From Pseudomonadota bacterium (lineage in GTDB: Bacteria > Desulfobacterota > Desulfobacteria > Desulfobacterales > RPRI01), in contig JBDRRF010000079.1 of the NCBI GenBank assembly GCA_043825875.1, forward strand, positions 64,001-128,000: a stretch of 64,000 bases of DNA, in the 5' to 3' direction. How positions within the stretch are numbered: the stretch's first letter is position 1; each line of letters begins with the position of its first letter. Below, in pieces: positions 17,714 to 27,722 of this stretch. A program made the position numbers and the translations under genes. A model generated the notes under the pieces. It had not been told where the DNA came from, ran no database searches, and saw nothing but the letters and a program-made list of their open reading frames with translations.

Positions 17714-19123
17714 ATGGGCCAGAAAAAAAACAACCATATCAGACTTTGGGTTATGGTTATAATTGCTGTCGGTTTTTTAACCATAGGCGCAGGTTTTTAC
17801 CGTAATCTTTCTGCAAATAATGAAGAAACTTATAAGGGATTGAAAATTTTCAGTGATGTTCTTGAAATAATAGAAAATGATTATGTTGATACTGTTGATA
17901 CAAAAGAACTGGTTCAAAAGGCTATTCAAGGTATGATCAGAGGCCTTGATCCGCATTCCGCACTTCTTCCACCGGAAGCCCTGGAAGATTTGCAGATTGA
18001 TTCCGAAGGAGAATTTCCCGGCATAGGTATTCATATAACACTTTTAAATGATCTTGTTACGGTTATTTCCCCAATTGAAGGAACACCTGCTTTTAAAGCC
18101 GGAATAAAAGCAAAGGATAAAATAATTAAAATAGATGGAGTTACTCCCAAAGATTTAAGGGATGCCGTAAGCAAAATGAGAGGCCCGAAAGGCACATCTG
18201 TTGTTGTAACTATATTTCGTGAAGGAGTTACAGACCCGATTGATTTTACCCTTGTGCGCGAAATAATTCCTGTAAAAAGCATCAAATCCATATCAATTAA
18301 ACCCGGATATGGTTATATATGGATTACCAACTTTACAGGAAATACTACCGATGATTTTGTAAAAGCTCTTGATAAACTTGAGTCAGATTCTGTTCCCTTA
18401 AAAGGTCTTATACTTGACCTTCGTGATAATGGAGGCGGTCTTTTAAAACAGGCTTTAAAGATTTCCGATGTTTTTCTTGAAAAAGGAAAGATTTTATCAA
18501 TTGAGGGAAGACATAAGAAGAATTCAAGAGTTTTTAAAGCTCATGCCAATAAGATAAAGCGTACTTACCCTATAATTATTCTTATTAATGGTGGAAGTGC
18601 AAGTGCTGCTGAAATTGTTGCCGGTGCATTACAGGATCATAAAAGGGCACTGTTATTAGGGACAACTTCATTCGGAAAAGGTTCTGTGCAGAGTGTTGAA
18701 CCTTTAAGAGACGGCTATGCTCTCAAGCTGACAATAGCCAGATACTTCACCCCAAGCGGCCGATCTATACAAGCTAAAGGAATTGAGCCGGATGTAGTGC
18801 TACGGCATAAAACAATTGGTGATGAAAGCACTTATGATGATGGAGGCATGCTGAAAGAAAAGGATTTAAAAAACCATCTTAATGCAAATCCTGATGAAGA
18901 TAAAATTGATGGAGAATCCGATTCGAAAATTATAAAAGATAAAGATCCGAAAATAAAAATGGATGAAGATAAAAAAGAGGGCACAAAGAAAAGAAAAATG
19001 CGCGACTTTGATTACAGACTTGGCCCACTTAGTATAGAAGGTCTCCAGTCCGATAATCAGGTGATGCATGCGCTTGAGATTTTATTAAGTTATGAAATAT
19101 TCAAGGATAGATTGAATAATTAA
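17714..19123 (+). CDS. ctpA: Carboxy-terminal processing protease S41
   Basis: LDPHS, PDZ GIGI, LDLRDNGGG, SASAAE, SFGKGSVQ. Confidence 0.92.
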   Translation: MGQKKNNHIRLWVMVIIAVGFLTIGAGFYRNLSANNEETYKGLKIFSDVLEIIENDYVDTVDTKELVQKAIQGMIRGLDPHSALLPPEALEDLQIDSEGEFPGIGIHITLLNDLVTVISPIEGTPAFKAGIKAKDKIIKIDGVTPKDLRDAVSKMRGPKGTSVVVTIFREGVTDPIDFTLVREIIPVKSIKSISIKPGYGYIWITNFTGNTTDDFVKALDKLESDSVPLKGLILDLRDNGGGLLKQALKISDVFLEKGKILSIEGRHKKNSRVFKAHANKIKRTYPIIILINGGSASAAEIVAGALQDHKRALLLGTTSFGKGSVQSVEPLRDGYALKLTIARYFTPSGRSIQAKGIEPDVVLRHKTIGDESTYDDGGMLKEKDLKNHLNANPDEDKIDGESDSKIIKDKDPKIKMDEDKKEGTKKRKMRDFDYRLGPLSIEGLQSDNQVMHALEILLSYEIFKDRLNN

Positions 19124-19201
19124 TGACAGTTTACTGCGGATTGAAAAATCTAAATAGAATAATACGGTTTATAGATACTGTACGGTGCATTGTTTTAAAT
19201 T

Positions 19202-20185
19202 ATGGCTAAAAGAAAAAAAGCGAAAAAGAAAAAAGCGGGATCGAAAAAAGCGAAAAACTTAAAATCTAATATTTTAAAAGCTTGTGCAGGTTTATTGGTT
19301 TTACTGCTTTTAGTGGTTGGGATCGGTTTTTTATATAATTACTATATTGCAAAAATTAAACCTATTCCTATTCCGGCAAAACAACAGACTCCTTTGAAAA
19401 TAAAAATACAAAAGAAAAAAACCGTATCAAAACCGCCTGTTTTTGAGGTTTATCCAAAAGAAGATAAGACATATGCCAAAATTAAACCAAAAGAAATATT
19501 AATCCCTGACCACCATTTGCCTAATGTGGCAATAATCATTGATGATGTTGGATATCATCCTGATCTTGAAAATAAATTTCTGCATCTTGATGCTATCTTT
19601 ACCTTTTCGGTGTTACCTTTCAGTCCGCACAAAAAAAGCATAATTAAAGCAGCACACAAAAAAGGAAGAGAAATAATGCTCCACCTTCCAATGGAGCCGA
19701 AAGAATATCCGGCAATTTCTCCAGGTCCCGGTGCTCTGCTTACAACCATGAATCCCGACCAGCTTATAAACCAGCTTAATAAAGATATTGATGATGTTCC
19801 TTTTATCAAAGGTGCAAATAATCATATGGGCTCAAAAATGACAGCCTCAGATACTCAGATGTATCAGATTGTATCGGTTCTTAAACAAAGGGGGCTTTAT
19901 TTCATTGACAGCAGAACAGGGCCAAAAACTTATGGCAAAGAATCGGCAAAACTATTTAAAATATCTTTCGCAGAGAGGGATGTATTTATAGATCATAAAC
20001 AGGACAAAGAATTTATAAGAAAACAGATCCATGAACTTATTGATATAGCCAACCGGCATGGCGAAGCTGTTGCAATAATACATCCGTATCCTGTAACATA
20101 TGAGGTAATTTCAGAAATGCTTCCTTATATGAAGAAAAAAATAAACCTTGTACCTGCTTCAGCAATTGTTAAAGATTTAAGTTGA
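19202..20185 (+). CDS. Divergent polysaccharide deacetylase (YibQ family)
   Basis: AIIIDDVG, MLHLPMEP, NNHMGS, FIDSRT, RDVFID. Confidence 0.9.
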   Translation: MAKRKKAKKKKAGSKKAKNLKSNILKACAGLLVLLLLVVGIGFLYNYYIAKIKPIPIPAKQQTPLKIKIQKKKTVSKPPVFEVYPKEDKTYAKIKPKEILIPDHHLPNVAIIIDDVGYHPDLENKFLHLDAIFTFSVLPFSPHKKSIIKAAHKKGREIMLHLPMEPKEYPAISPGPGALLTTMNPDQLINQLNKDIDDVPFIKGANNHMGSKMTASDTQMYQIVSVLKQRGLYFIDSRTGPKTYGKESAKLFKISFAERDVFIDHKQDKEFIRKQIHELIDIANRHGEAVAIIHPYPVTYEVISEMLPYMKKKINLVPASAIVKDLS

Positions 20186-20219
20186 ATTGAGTACAATCCA
20201 ACAACTCCGGGAAAGACTT

Positions 20220-20762
20220 ATGAATATAATTAAAACTGATCTTGAAGATGTTATTTTAATAGAACCACCTGTTTTTTCCGATAACAGAGGGTATTTTACA
20301 GAAGTATACAAGAAGAGCGTATATGACCCTCTTGGTATAGAAAGAAATTTCGTGCAGGATAACCTTTCCTGTTCTTCAAAAGATGTTTTAAGAGGTTTAC
20401 ACTATCAGATAAAACAAAAACAGGCAAAACTGGTTCAGGTTATTAAAGGGGAAATATTTGATGTTGCTGTTGATCTAAGGCCACATTCAAAAACCTTCGG
20501 CAAGTGGGAAGGTTTTATTCTTTCGGGCAAAAACAACCGCCGACTTTTTATACCTGAAGATTTCGCCCACGGCTTCTGCGTTTTAAGCGATACAGCTTAT
20601 CTATTATACAAGTGCTCAAAGTATTATGCCCCTGGTGATGAAGGAGGTATAATTTGGTGCGATGATATATTAAATATAAAATGGCCTGTAAAAAACCCCA
20701 TAATATCGGAAAAGGACAAACAACTTCCCTCCTTTTCTGAAGTTTTCGGTAAAATAAAATGA
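20220..20762 (+). CDS. rfbC: dTDP-4-dehydrorhamnose 3,5-epimerase
   Basis: DNRGYF, QDNLS.S, LRGLHYQ, DVAVDLR, FAHGF. Confidence 0.95.
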   Translation: MNIIKTDLEDVILIEPPVFSDNRGYFTEVYKKSVYDPLGIERNFVQDNLSCSSKDVLRGLHYQIKQKQAKLVQVIKGEIFDVAVDLRPHSKTFGKWEGFILSGKNNRRLFIPEDFAHGFCVLSDTAYLLYKCSKYYAPGDEGGIIWCDDILNIKWPVKNPIISEKDKQLPSFSEVFGKIK

Positions 20763-21643
20763 AAATACTTGTAATTGGATCACAAGGACAGCTGGGCTGG
20801 GATTTGTTAAAAGAAGCTAAAGCTTTCGGTTTTGAAGCTACAGGTTTTGATCTTCCGCAAATCGACATAAGGATCAAATCGGATGTAGAACAAATTATAA
20901 GCGATTTTAGTCCAACTATTGTTGTAAATGCCGCGGCTTATACAAATGTGGATAAAGCTGAAGAAGAAAGGGACGTCTGTTTTGCCGCAAACTGTTTTGG
21001 TCCGGAAAACATTGCTGCTGTTTGCAATAGTCTTTCAATTCCGCTGATTCATATTTCAACCGATTATGTTTTTGATGGAAGCGCAAATACTCCTTACACT
21101 GAAACAGATAAAATATCCCCGATAAATGTATATGGTAAAAGCAAGGCAGAAGGCGAAATTTTGGTAAGAAATATTATAGAAAAGCATATAATAATAAGAA
21201 CTTCATGGCTTTACGGCATACACGGAAATAATTTTGTTAAAACTATTTTAAGACTTGGAAAAGAAAAAGAAGTAATCAGTGTTGTATCCGATCAGTATGG
21301 CTCCCCGACTTTTGCCACTGATCTTTCAAATGCTGTATTAACTATTTCTTCTCAGATCAAAAACGGTAACAGCAATATCTGGGGAACTTACAATTTTTGC
21401 GGCGCAGGAATAACCACCTGGCATGGATTTGCAGAAAAGATAATAGAAGAAGCAAAACAATACATGCAAATAAAAACAACCATGGTAAAACCGATTGCAT
21501 CAAAAGATTATCCTGTAAAAGCCGGAAGGCCTTCTTATTCTGCTCTTGATTGCAGTCTGATTAAAAGGCAATTCGGGATATCTCCAAAACCCTGGCAGGA
21601 AAGCCTGAAAGCCTCAATAAAAATAATTTGCAGTAATACATGA
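20759..21643 (+). CDS. rfbD: dTDP-4-dehydrorhamnose reductase
   Basis: GSQGQLG, NAAAYTNVDKAE, HISTDYVFDG, YGKSK, DQYGSPT. Confidence 0.95.
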   Translation: MKILVIGSQGQLGWDLLKEAKAFGFEATGFDLPQIDIRIKSDVEQIISDFSPTIVVNAAAYTNVDKAEEERDVCFAANCFGPENIAAVCNSLSIPLIHISTDYVFDGSANTPYTETDKISPINVYGKSKAEGEILVRNIIEKHIIIRTSWLYGIHGNNFVKTILRLGKEKEVISVVSDQYGSPTFATDLSNAVLTISSQIKNGNSNIWGTYNFCGAGITTWHGFAEKIIEEAKQYMQIKTTMVKPIASKDYPVKAGRPSYSALDCSLIKRQFGISPKPWQESLKASIKIICSNT

Positions 21644-21670
21644 AAGAATTTTCTGCCACGACTCAAGCCC

Positions 21671-22900
21671 ATGTCTAATAAGGTAAACAAAAAAATCGAA
21701 CTCCTTGCCCCGGCCGGGAATTTTGAAAAGCTTGAAATTGCCATCCATTACGGTGCTGATGCGATTTATTTGGCAGGAAAAGACTTTTCTTTAAGAAACT
21801 TTTCAGTAAATTTTACAATTGATGAACTAAACGAAGCTGTCCGGTTTGCCGGTAAAGCCGGCGTAAAAGTGTATGTTGCATGCAATATATTTTCAAGAAA
21901 CAATGAGCAAAAAGCTATAAAAGATTATTTAAAGAGCCTTTCAAAAATCGCACCGGATGCAGTAATTATTGCAGATCCCGGCATATTGCTTGAGGCAAAA
22001 AACATAATGCCTGATATGCCTATACATTTAAGCACACAGGCAAACACCACAAGTTATAAGGCAGCTTTGTTCTGGAAAAATATGGGTGTTTCAAGAATAA
22101 ATACGGCCCGTGAGCTTTCCTTAAAAGAAATTAAAGAAATAGCTTCATTGGGTGAAGTTGAAATAGAAGCTTTTGTTCACGGTGCAATGTGCATTTCATA
22201 TTCGGGGCGCTGTTTGTTAAGCAATTTTATGGAAAATCGTGACAGCAATCATGGCATGTGCTGCCATCCGTGCAGATTTAGCTATGCGGTTGTAGAACAG
22301 ACAAGACCCGGCGAATATATGCCCATAGGAGAAGACAGCCGTGGCACATATATCTTTAACTCAAAAGATTTGTGCATGATCGGCCACATTCCTGAAATGA
22401 TAGATGCAGGCATATCTTCTTTAAAGATTGAAGGCCGCATGAAGGGAATAAACTATCTTGCTTCAACAGTCAGGGTTTACAGGGAAGCTATCGACTCCTG
22501 GTATGAATCTCCGGCAGATTTTGAAGTAAAAGAAGAATGGATAAAAGAGCTTGACAGAATAAGCAACAGAGACTACTGCACAGGCTTCTACTTTGGTAAT
22601 ACGAGAGAAACTGTGCCGAATTATCTTGATATAAAGCCTGCAACCAAACGCACATTTATAGGTAAAGTCATTGGATCTGAAAATGGAAACACGGCAATTA
22701 CACAAGTGCGAAATAAATTATTTTTAAACGACAAGGTTGATATACTTGGCATTAAAGGCCCGGCAAAACATGATACAATAAGAAGAATAACGGATACAAA
22801 TGGAAAACAACTTGATTTTGCCCAACCCGGAAGTATTGTAAATATTCTGTTTGACAACAAATGTGAAATAAATGATCTTGTAAGAAAGATAGAACAATAA
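21671..22900 (+). CDS. U32 family protein (TrhP-like tRNA hydroxylation)
   Basis: ELLAPAG, HLSTQAN, HGAMCISYSGRCLLS, LKIEGR. Confidence 0.88.
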   Translation: MSNKVNKKIELLAPAGNFEKLEIAIHYGADAIYLAGKDFSLRNFSVNFTIDELNEAVRFAGKAGVKVYVACNIFSRNNEQKAIKDYLKSLSKIAPDAVIIADPGILLEAKNIMPDMPIHLSTQANTTSYKAALFWKNMGVSRINTARELSLKEIKEIASLGEVEIEAFVHGAMCISYSGRCLLSNFMENRDSNHGMCCHPCRFSYAVVEQTRPGEYMPIGEDSRGTYIFNSKDLCMIGHIPEMIDAGISSLKIEGRMKGINYLASTVRVYREAIDSWYESPADFEVKEEWIKELDRISNRDYCTGFYFGNTRETVPNYLDIKPATKRTFIGKVIGSENGNTAITQVRNKLFLNDKVDILGIKGPAKHDTIRRITDTNGKQLDFAQPGSIVNILFDNKCEINDLVRKIEQ

Positions 22901-22916
22901 CCATTGGAGGGAAAAC

Positions 22917-23432
22917 ATGAAAGGTTATATCCAGGTATATACCGGAAACGGGAAAGGAAAGACAACAGCGGCATTGGGCCTGTCAATTAGAGCTGCAGGA
23001 GCCGGTCTGAAGGTTTATATAGCTCAGTTTATCAAGATGGGCCTTTACAGCGAAATAAAAGCCCTTAAAAAGTTTTCCGATCAGATAACAGTAGAACAAT
23101 TCGGACTTGGGCGATTTATTAAAGGCAAACCTTCTAAAGAAGATATTGAAGCTGCCCATAAAGGAATTGCAAAAATAAAGAACTTAATGAGTTCATCTAA
23201 ATACGATATAATAGTTCTTGAAGAAGCAAATTCAGCTTCTTCATGCGGCGTTATATCTGTTGAAGATATCCTTGATCTTATAGCATTAAAACCTGATAAT
23301 ATTGAACTTGTCATAACAGGCCGGGGAGCAGATCCAAAAGTAATTGAAAAAGCCGACCTTGTGACGGAAATGAAAGAAATCAAACATTACTACAATAACG
23401 GGGTACCGGCGAGAGTTGGAATAGAAAAGTAA
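22917..23432 (+). CDS. cobO: Cob(I)yrinic acid a,c-diamide adenosyltransferase
   Basis: YTGNGKGKTTAALG, QFIK, ELVITGR, ADLVTEM. Confidence 0.9.
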   Translation: MKGYIQVYTGNGKGKTTAALGLSIRAAGAGLKVYIAQFIKMGLYSEIKALKKFSDQITVEQFGLGRFIKGKPSKEDIEAAHKGIAKIKNLMSSSKYDIIVLEEANSASSCGVISVEDILDLIALKPDNIELVITGRGADPKVIEKADLVTEMKEIKHYYNNGVPARVGIEK

Positions 23433-23447
23433 TAAATAACAGGACAT

Positions 23448-24713
23448 ATGTCTATGAACAAAAAAATAACGATAATTGCTGTTTCTTTCATCATTATTAT
23501 TAATTCTCTTATTTTTGTCTTAGTTAGTAATAAATCAAAAACTCCTAACAGGATAGATGAAAAGGATTTGACTGCTATTGGTGGACAGCTTTCGGAGGGA
23601 GAGGTACTTAGCAATGTCCTGGCAAAACAGGGAGTAGAGCTATTAGATGTTCGTTTAATAACAAATGCGTTGAATAAGGTTTTTAATCTTAGAAAATGTA
23701 ATGTAGGGGACAAGTGGAAACTTTATCTTGATAGTAAAGGTAATTTTAATAAATTCGAATATTATGACGGGCCCATGGAATTTTATGTAGTGGAACCGGA
23801 TATTAATAATAACACATATATTGCTTCTACACATGAAATAAAAGCCAAAAAAATAATAAGGGGGGCCCGGGGGAAAATAGCAAGTTCATTGTATGAAAGC
23901 ATGACTTCTTTAAATGTTCATTCTGAAGTGGTTGTGCAATTTGCTGAAATCTTCGCTTCTACAATAGATTTTTTTACTGACTGCCGCCCGGATGACGAAT
24001 TCAGCATTCTGTGGGATTCCTATGTTGATAAAGATGGGGTTGTTTTAAAAGATATAAATATATTGGCTGCTTCCTATACAAGATCAGGCTATACATATAA
24101 TGCCTTTTATTATAAAACACCTGATGGAAACGGTAAATATTATGATGAAAACGGGGAAAGTGTTGAAGCGGCATTTTTAAAAGCTCCTCTTAACTACAGA
24201 AGAATATCTTCCTATTTTACCCGCAAAAGATATCATCCCATATTAAAAAAATACCGCCCTCATCTTGGGATTGACTACGCAGCACCGAGGGGCACCCCTA
24301 TTTCTTCCATAGGTGATGGTGTCGTTACTGCGGCTGGAAGAAGAAGAGACGGGCTTGGTATAGCGGTAATAGTAAAGCATCCAAATAATTATAAGTCCTG
24401 GTATGGGCATCTTTCCAGAATAGCAAAAGGTGTCTCAAAGGGCTCCCGTGTAAAAAAAGGCCAGGTTATAGGATATGTGGGAGCAACAGGTCTTGCTACC
24501 GGCCCTCATCTTGACTTCCGTGTGCAAAAGGGCAAGACGTTTGTTAATTTTCTTGCGCTGAAGTTACCCCCTTCTCATCCTCTACCGGACAAGTATCAGA
24601 AAAAATATGAGGTCGCAAAAAATATGTTTATGGAAACAACAGACAATCTAAAACCTGGAGAAGTTACTGTTTTTCAGAATAAAGAGGCAAGAAAACTGTA
24701 TTCGCTGTATTGA
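23448..24713 (+). CDS. M23 peptidoglycan DD-endopeptidase (MepM-like)
   Basis: RISS.F, HLGIDYAAP.GTP, YGHL, TGPHLDF. Confidence 0.9.
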   Translation: MSMNKKITIIAVSFIIIINSLIFVLVSNKSKTPNRIDEKDLTAIGGQLSEGEVLSNVLAKQGVELLDVRLITNALNKVFNLRKCNVGDKWKLYLDSKGNFNKFEYYDGPMEFYVVEPDINNNTYIASTHEIKAKKIIRGARGKIASSLYESMTSLNVHSEVVVQFAEIFASTIDFFTDCRPDDEFSILWDSYVDKDGVVLKDINILAASYTRSGYTYNAFYYKTPDGNGKYYDENGESVEAAFLKAPLNYRRISSYFTRKRYHPILKKYRPHLGIDYAAPRGTPISSIGDGVVTAAGRRRDGLGIAVIVKHPNNYKSWYGHLSRIAKGVSKGSRVKKGQVIGYVGATGLATGPHLDFRVQKGKTFVNFLALKLPPSHPLPDKYQKKYEVAKNMFMETTDNLKPGEVTVFQNKEARKLYSLY

Positions 24714-24776
24714 GATATGTATAGCAATATTGCCAATATCCTGAATTTCTCTTATATTAAAAGCCTTATGATATCA

Positions 24777-27110
24777 TTATTTTTGTTTATCAATTTTTGC
24801 CCGATATATCTTGGCAATGATTGCCGAAAGGCCTATTACCATTTCAACTCCGTTATCCCGTTCTGAAAATTCAAGCAATACGCGACCAATTACCTCCGGA
24901 TCAAACCCGGAAGCAAGAACCTTGTTTATAGCTTGATCGAGTGTCAATGGCTGCTTTATTTCTGTAGCAAGCTTTGTTTCCAGTTCTTTATCAACATCAG
25001 ATAGTGTTTCTTGAACAACCTCAACAAAAGTAACTTTCGATGGTTCTTTTTCAACCTTTGGCGTTAAATCTTTTGAAGAAACTGTTTCTGCTTCCTTTGC
25101 AGATTGATCTGGTGTCAATGCCGGTTTTTGCGGGGCGACAGGTTTGGCTTCCTGTTCTTTAAAAGTATCAGGTACTTTTTCTTGAGTAATACCAGAAGAA
25201 GAATCTTCAGATTTTTCTTTTTCTATCTCAGGCGCTAAATGTGTTGAAGAAATAGTATTGGCTTCTTTCGCGGCTTCATCGGGTATAATTGTCTGTTTTT
25301 GTGAAGCAACAGCTTTGCTTTCCTGTTCTTTACCTACATCATGCGGCACTTCCTTTCTAACCTCAGCAGGAGTAACTTTCGATGCTTCTTTTTCAACCTT
25401 TGGGGCTAAATCTTTTGAAGAAACTGTATCTGCTTCCTTTGCAGATTGATCGAGTGCCATTGTCGGTTTTTGCGGGGCAACAGGTTTGACTTCCTGTTCT
25501 TTACTTACATCGTGCAGCACTTCCTTTCTGATCTCAACGGAAGTAACTTTCGATATTTCTTTTTCAACCTTCGGGGCTAAATGTGTTAAAGAAGCTTCAG
25601 ACTCTTTTACAGGCTGATCAGATATCAATGGTTGTTTTTCTGGGGAAACAGGTTTGACTTCTTGTTTTTTTCCGGCATCATTTTCTGTTTCTTGAATAAT
25701 CTTTGAAGAAGAAACTTCAGATTTTTCTTTTTCTACCCCAGGCGCTAAATGTGTTGAAGAAATAACATCCGGATTCAAACGCCGTTTAGCCAGAATTTTT
25801 TGACCAATATTTAATTGCAACCATTGCCAGCCAATCTCATCATCAGCTTTTAGTTTGTAAAGTTCTCCGACTGCATTGGCATGGCCAAGGCCGGAAACAA
25901 CCAAGCGATCACCATCTATTTTAACAAAATCCGATTGCACAGAACCAACATCCCAGCTGAATAAATCAGGATAAATAAAACTTTCCGTCTTCAAACCGTT
26001 ACTTATAGCACTCATACGAAAAGCTTCTTCTTCAATGTAGGTTTCATCACAAATTTCTCCCGGCGGGTCATAGTCAGCAACAGAGCCTATAATTGCTCCT
26101 GCCATAGATGAAATACTATCCGTGTCGCTTCCCAGCAGATTAGACCCGACTTCGATTGCTCCGCGCGGGTTGATTTTAAACATCCATGACAAAACAACAG
26201 CTAAGATAGCAGTTTTTGTTCCGGCCCCCCGGTATTCATCCGACATCGCGCCGATTTCTCTGGCCATAGTGGCATATTGTACATCTGAACTGCTTTTCGC
26301 AGTATCGCGGATTAGCTGGATTACCCCTATATCTTTCAGACATTCGTCAGCTAAAGCTCTGCAAGATAATTTAATATTACTTTCTGCGATTTTATCCCAT
26401 GTTGGCAACCAATAATCGCTAAGTTCCGGGATCTTACGGATCATTTCGGGAATCTTGTAAAACATATCAATAAAATTGCGCCACTCATCCGGGCCTGGTA
26501 TTTTCTTGTAATACAGCGCATGAGCAAGACATAATGAATGAAATACCGCCCCTAAAATTCCCCGTGGATGACCATGAGTGCAGATAGCATTGCTTAAGAC
26601 ATCAGGCAAGAAGGCTCCACCTTTCAAGTCACAAGAGGACCAAACATGAGGTTGAATTCTTATGGCGGCACCATTTCCACCGCAATCAACATAACGAGAG
26701 GTCTTGGTATCGAAAAAATTATTGGCCCATGTAGTATCTTTGCGAGTCATTGATACTGCTGCTGATTTAGTTCCTCTGCCGGCACCAAGCGCATACGATA
26801 ACCAAACGGGCAATTCGACTTTGGCAAACGCCTCAACATCAAATTTGCCATCTCCCCGAATGGCTCTACAGGTTGCAAGACGCAATTGTGTATCATCAGA
26901 ATAACACCCGGCTGGCAATTCGACTGTCACTCCTAATTGACCACCAACTTTTCGATTCCAGGGTATAGTTGTAATAATACGAGATTTATCTGTTCTCAAT
27001 TTGAGGCTTTTCTTATCAGCAAGTTCAGTAATAAAACCCAAAGCATCACCATAAGCAGCCCATAACGCCGACTTTCTGATCGCCTCCTGTCTATCTAAAC
27101 CATCATTCAC
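24777..27110 (-). CDS. ADP-ribosylglycohydrolase family protein with internal repeat region
   Basis: AAYGDALG, YSDDTQL, GNGAAIRI, THGHPRG, GSDTDSI..MAGA motifs. Confidence 0.88.
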   Translation of the reverse strand: MNDGLDRQEAIRKSALWAAYGDALGFITELADKKSLKLRTDKSRIITTIPWNRKVGGQLGVTVELPAGCYSDDTQLRLATCRAIRGDGKFDVEAFAKVELPVWLSYALGAGRGTKSAAVSMTRKDTTWANNFFDTKTSRYVDCGGNGAAIRIQPHVWSSCDLKGGAFLPDVLSNAICTHGHPRGILGAVFHSLCLAHALYYKKIPGPDEWRNFIDMFYKIPEMIRKIPELSDYWLPTWDKIAESNIKLSCRALADECLKDIGVIQLIRDTAKSSSDVQYATMAREIGAMSDEYRGAGTKTAILAVVLSWMFKINPRGAIEVGSNLLGSDTDSISSMAGAIIGSVADYDPPGEICDETYIEEEAFRMSAISNGLKTESFIYPDLFSWDVGSVQSDFVKIDGDRLVVSGLGHANAVGELYKLKADDEIGWQWLQLNIGQKILAKRRLNPDVISSTHLAPGVEKEKSEVSSSKIIQETENDAGKKQEVKPVSPEKQPLISDQPVKESEASLTHLAPKVEKEISKVTSVEIRKEVLHDVSKEQEVKPVAPQKPTMALDQSAKEADTVSSKDLAPKVEKEASKVTPAEVRKEVPHDVGKEQESKAVASQKQTIIPDEAAKEANTISSTHLAPEIEKEKSEDSSSGITQEKVPDTFKEQEAKPVAPQKPALTPDQSAKEAETVSSKDLTPKVEKEPSKVTFVEVVQETLSDVDKELETKLATEIKQPLTLDQAINKVLASGFDPEVIGRVLLEFSERDNGVEMVIGLSAIIAKIYRAKIDKQK
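24933..25766 (-). repeat. Five ~171-bp (56-57 aa) intragenic tandem repeats
   Basis: Units begin THLAP/KDL(A/T)P.VEKE and end DQ.AKEA.TVSS; visible in both protein and DNA. Confidence 0.9.
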
Positions 27111-27112
27111 GT

Positions 27113-27679
27113 TTAATCTCCTTTCAGTATTTCTCTGAGGTCAAATAGATTACAAAGCGCTGTAAAAGCCAGCGAATGACGAAATCGACCCGAAGCAATC
27201 TCTTGTCCTATCTCCTTTATACTCATAACGCCAACTACCACGTGCTCACCATCATCAAGCTCAGGGAGCATTGTCTGCTGCACGTTTCTTGCCACCCAAT
27301 GATAACAGCGGTTGTTCAAAAAGGCCGGGTTGGGCTCAACATATCCTAAATACTCCCATTCTTCACTCGTGTAACCTGTTTCTTCTTTCAACTCACGGAT
27401 AGCCGCTTCTTTTGATGTTTCTCCTGATTCAACGATTCCTGCGGGAAGCTCAGTTGTTGTTTCACCAGTTCCAAAACGATGCTGATAAACAACCACCAAT
27501 TCATTCTCTGGGGTCAGCGCTATCACATTTACCCAATCAGAAGATTCGAGAACTGTGGCTTTAACCGTATGAGCATTCCTTGGGTTTCTCATCCAATCAA
27601 ATCTTACGCGAAAAAGCTTTAAGTCAGGTCCTGTCTCAGTTTGAATGCATTCCCAATCTGTCTGTTTTTTGTCGCTCAT
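27113..27679 (-). CDS. Nudix hydrolase (ADP-ribose pyrophosphatase-like)
   Basis: Nudix box ELPAGIVESGETSKEAAIRELKEETGY. Confidence 0.9.
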   Translation of the reverse strand: MSDKKQTDWECIQTETGPDLKLFRVRFDWMRNPRNAHTVKATVLESSDWVNVIALTPENELVVVYQHRFGTGETTTELPAGIVESGETSKEAAIRELKEETGYTSEEWEYLGYVEPNPAFLNNRCYHWVARNVQQTMLPELDDGEHVVVGVMSIKEIGQEIASGRFRHSLAFTALCNLFDLREILKGD

Positions 27680-27722
27680 AAGTATTCTCCAAAGTTTAGG
27701 CAATTATAGCAAATGGCATAAA

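Noticed and set aside
24933..25766. 171-bp repeats as a diversity-generating retroelement TR/VR pair or CRISPR
   Set aside because: The repeats are in-frame, tandem and diverge at all bases rather than only adenines. There is no reverse transcriptase in the window.
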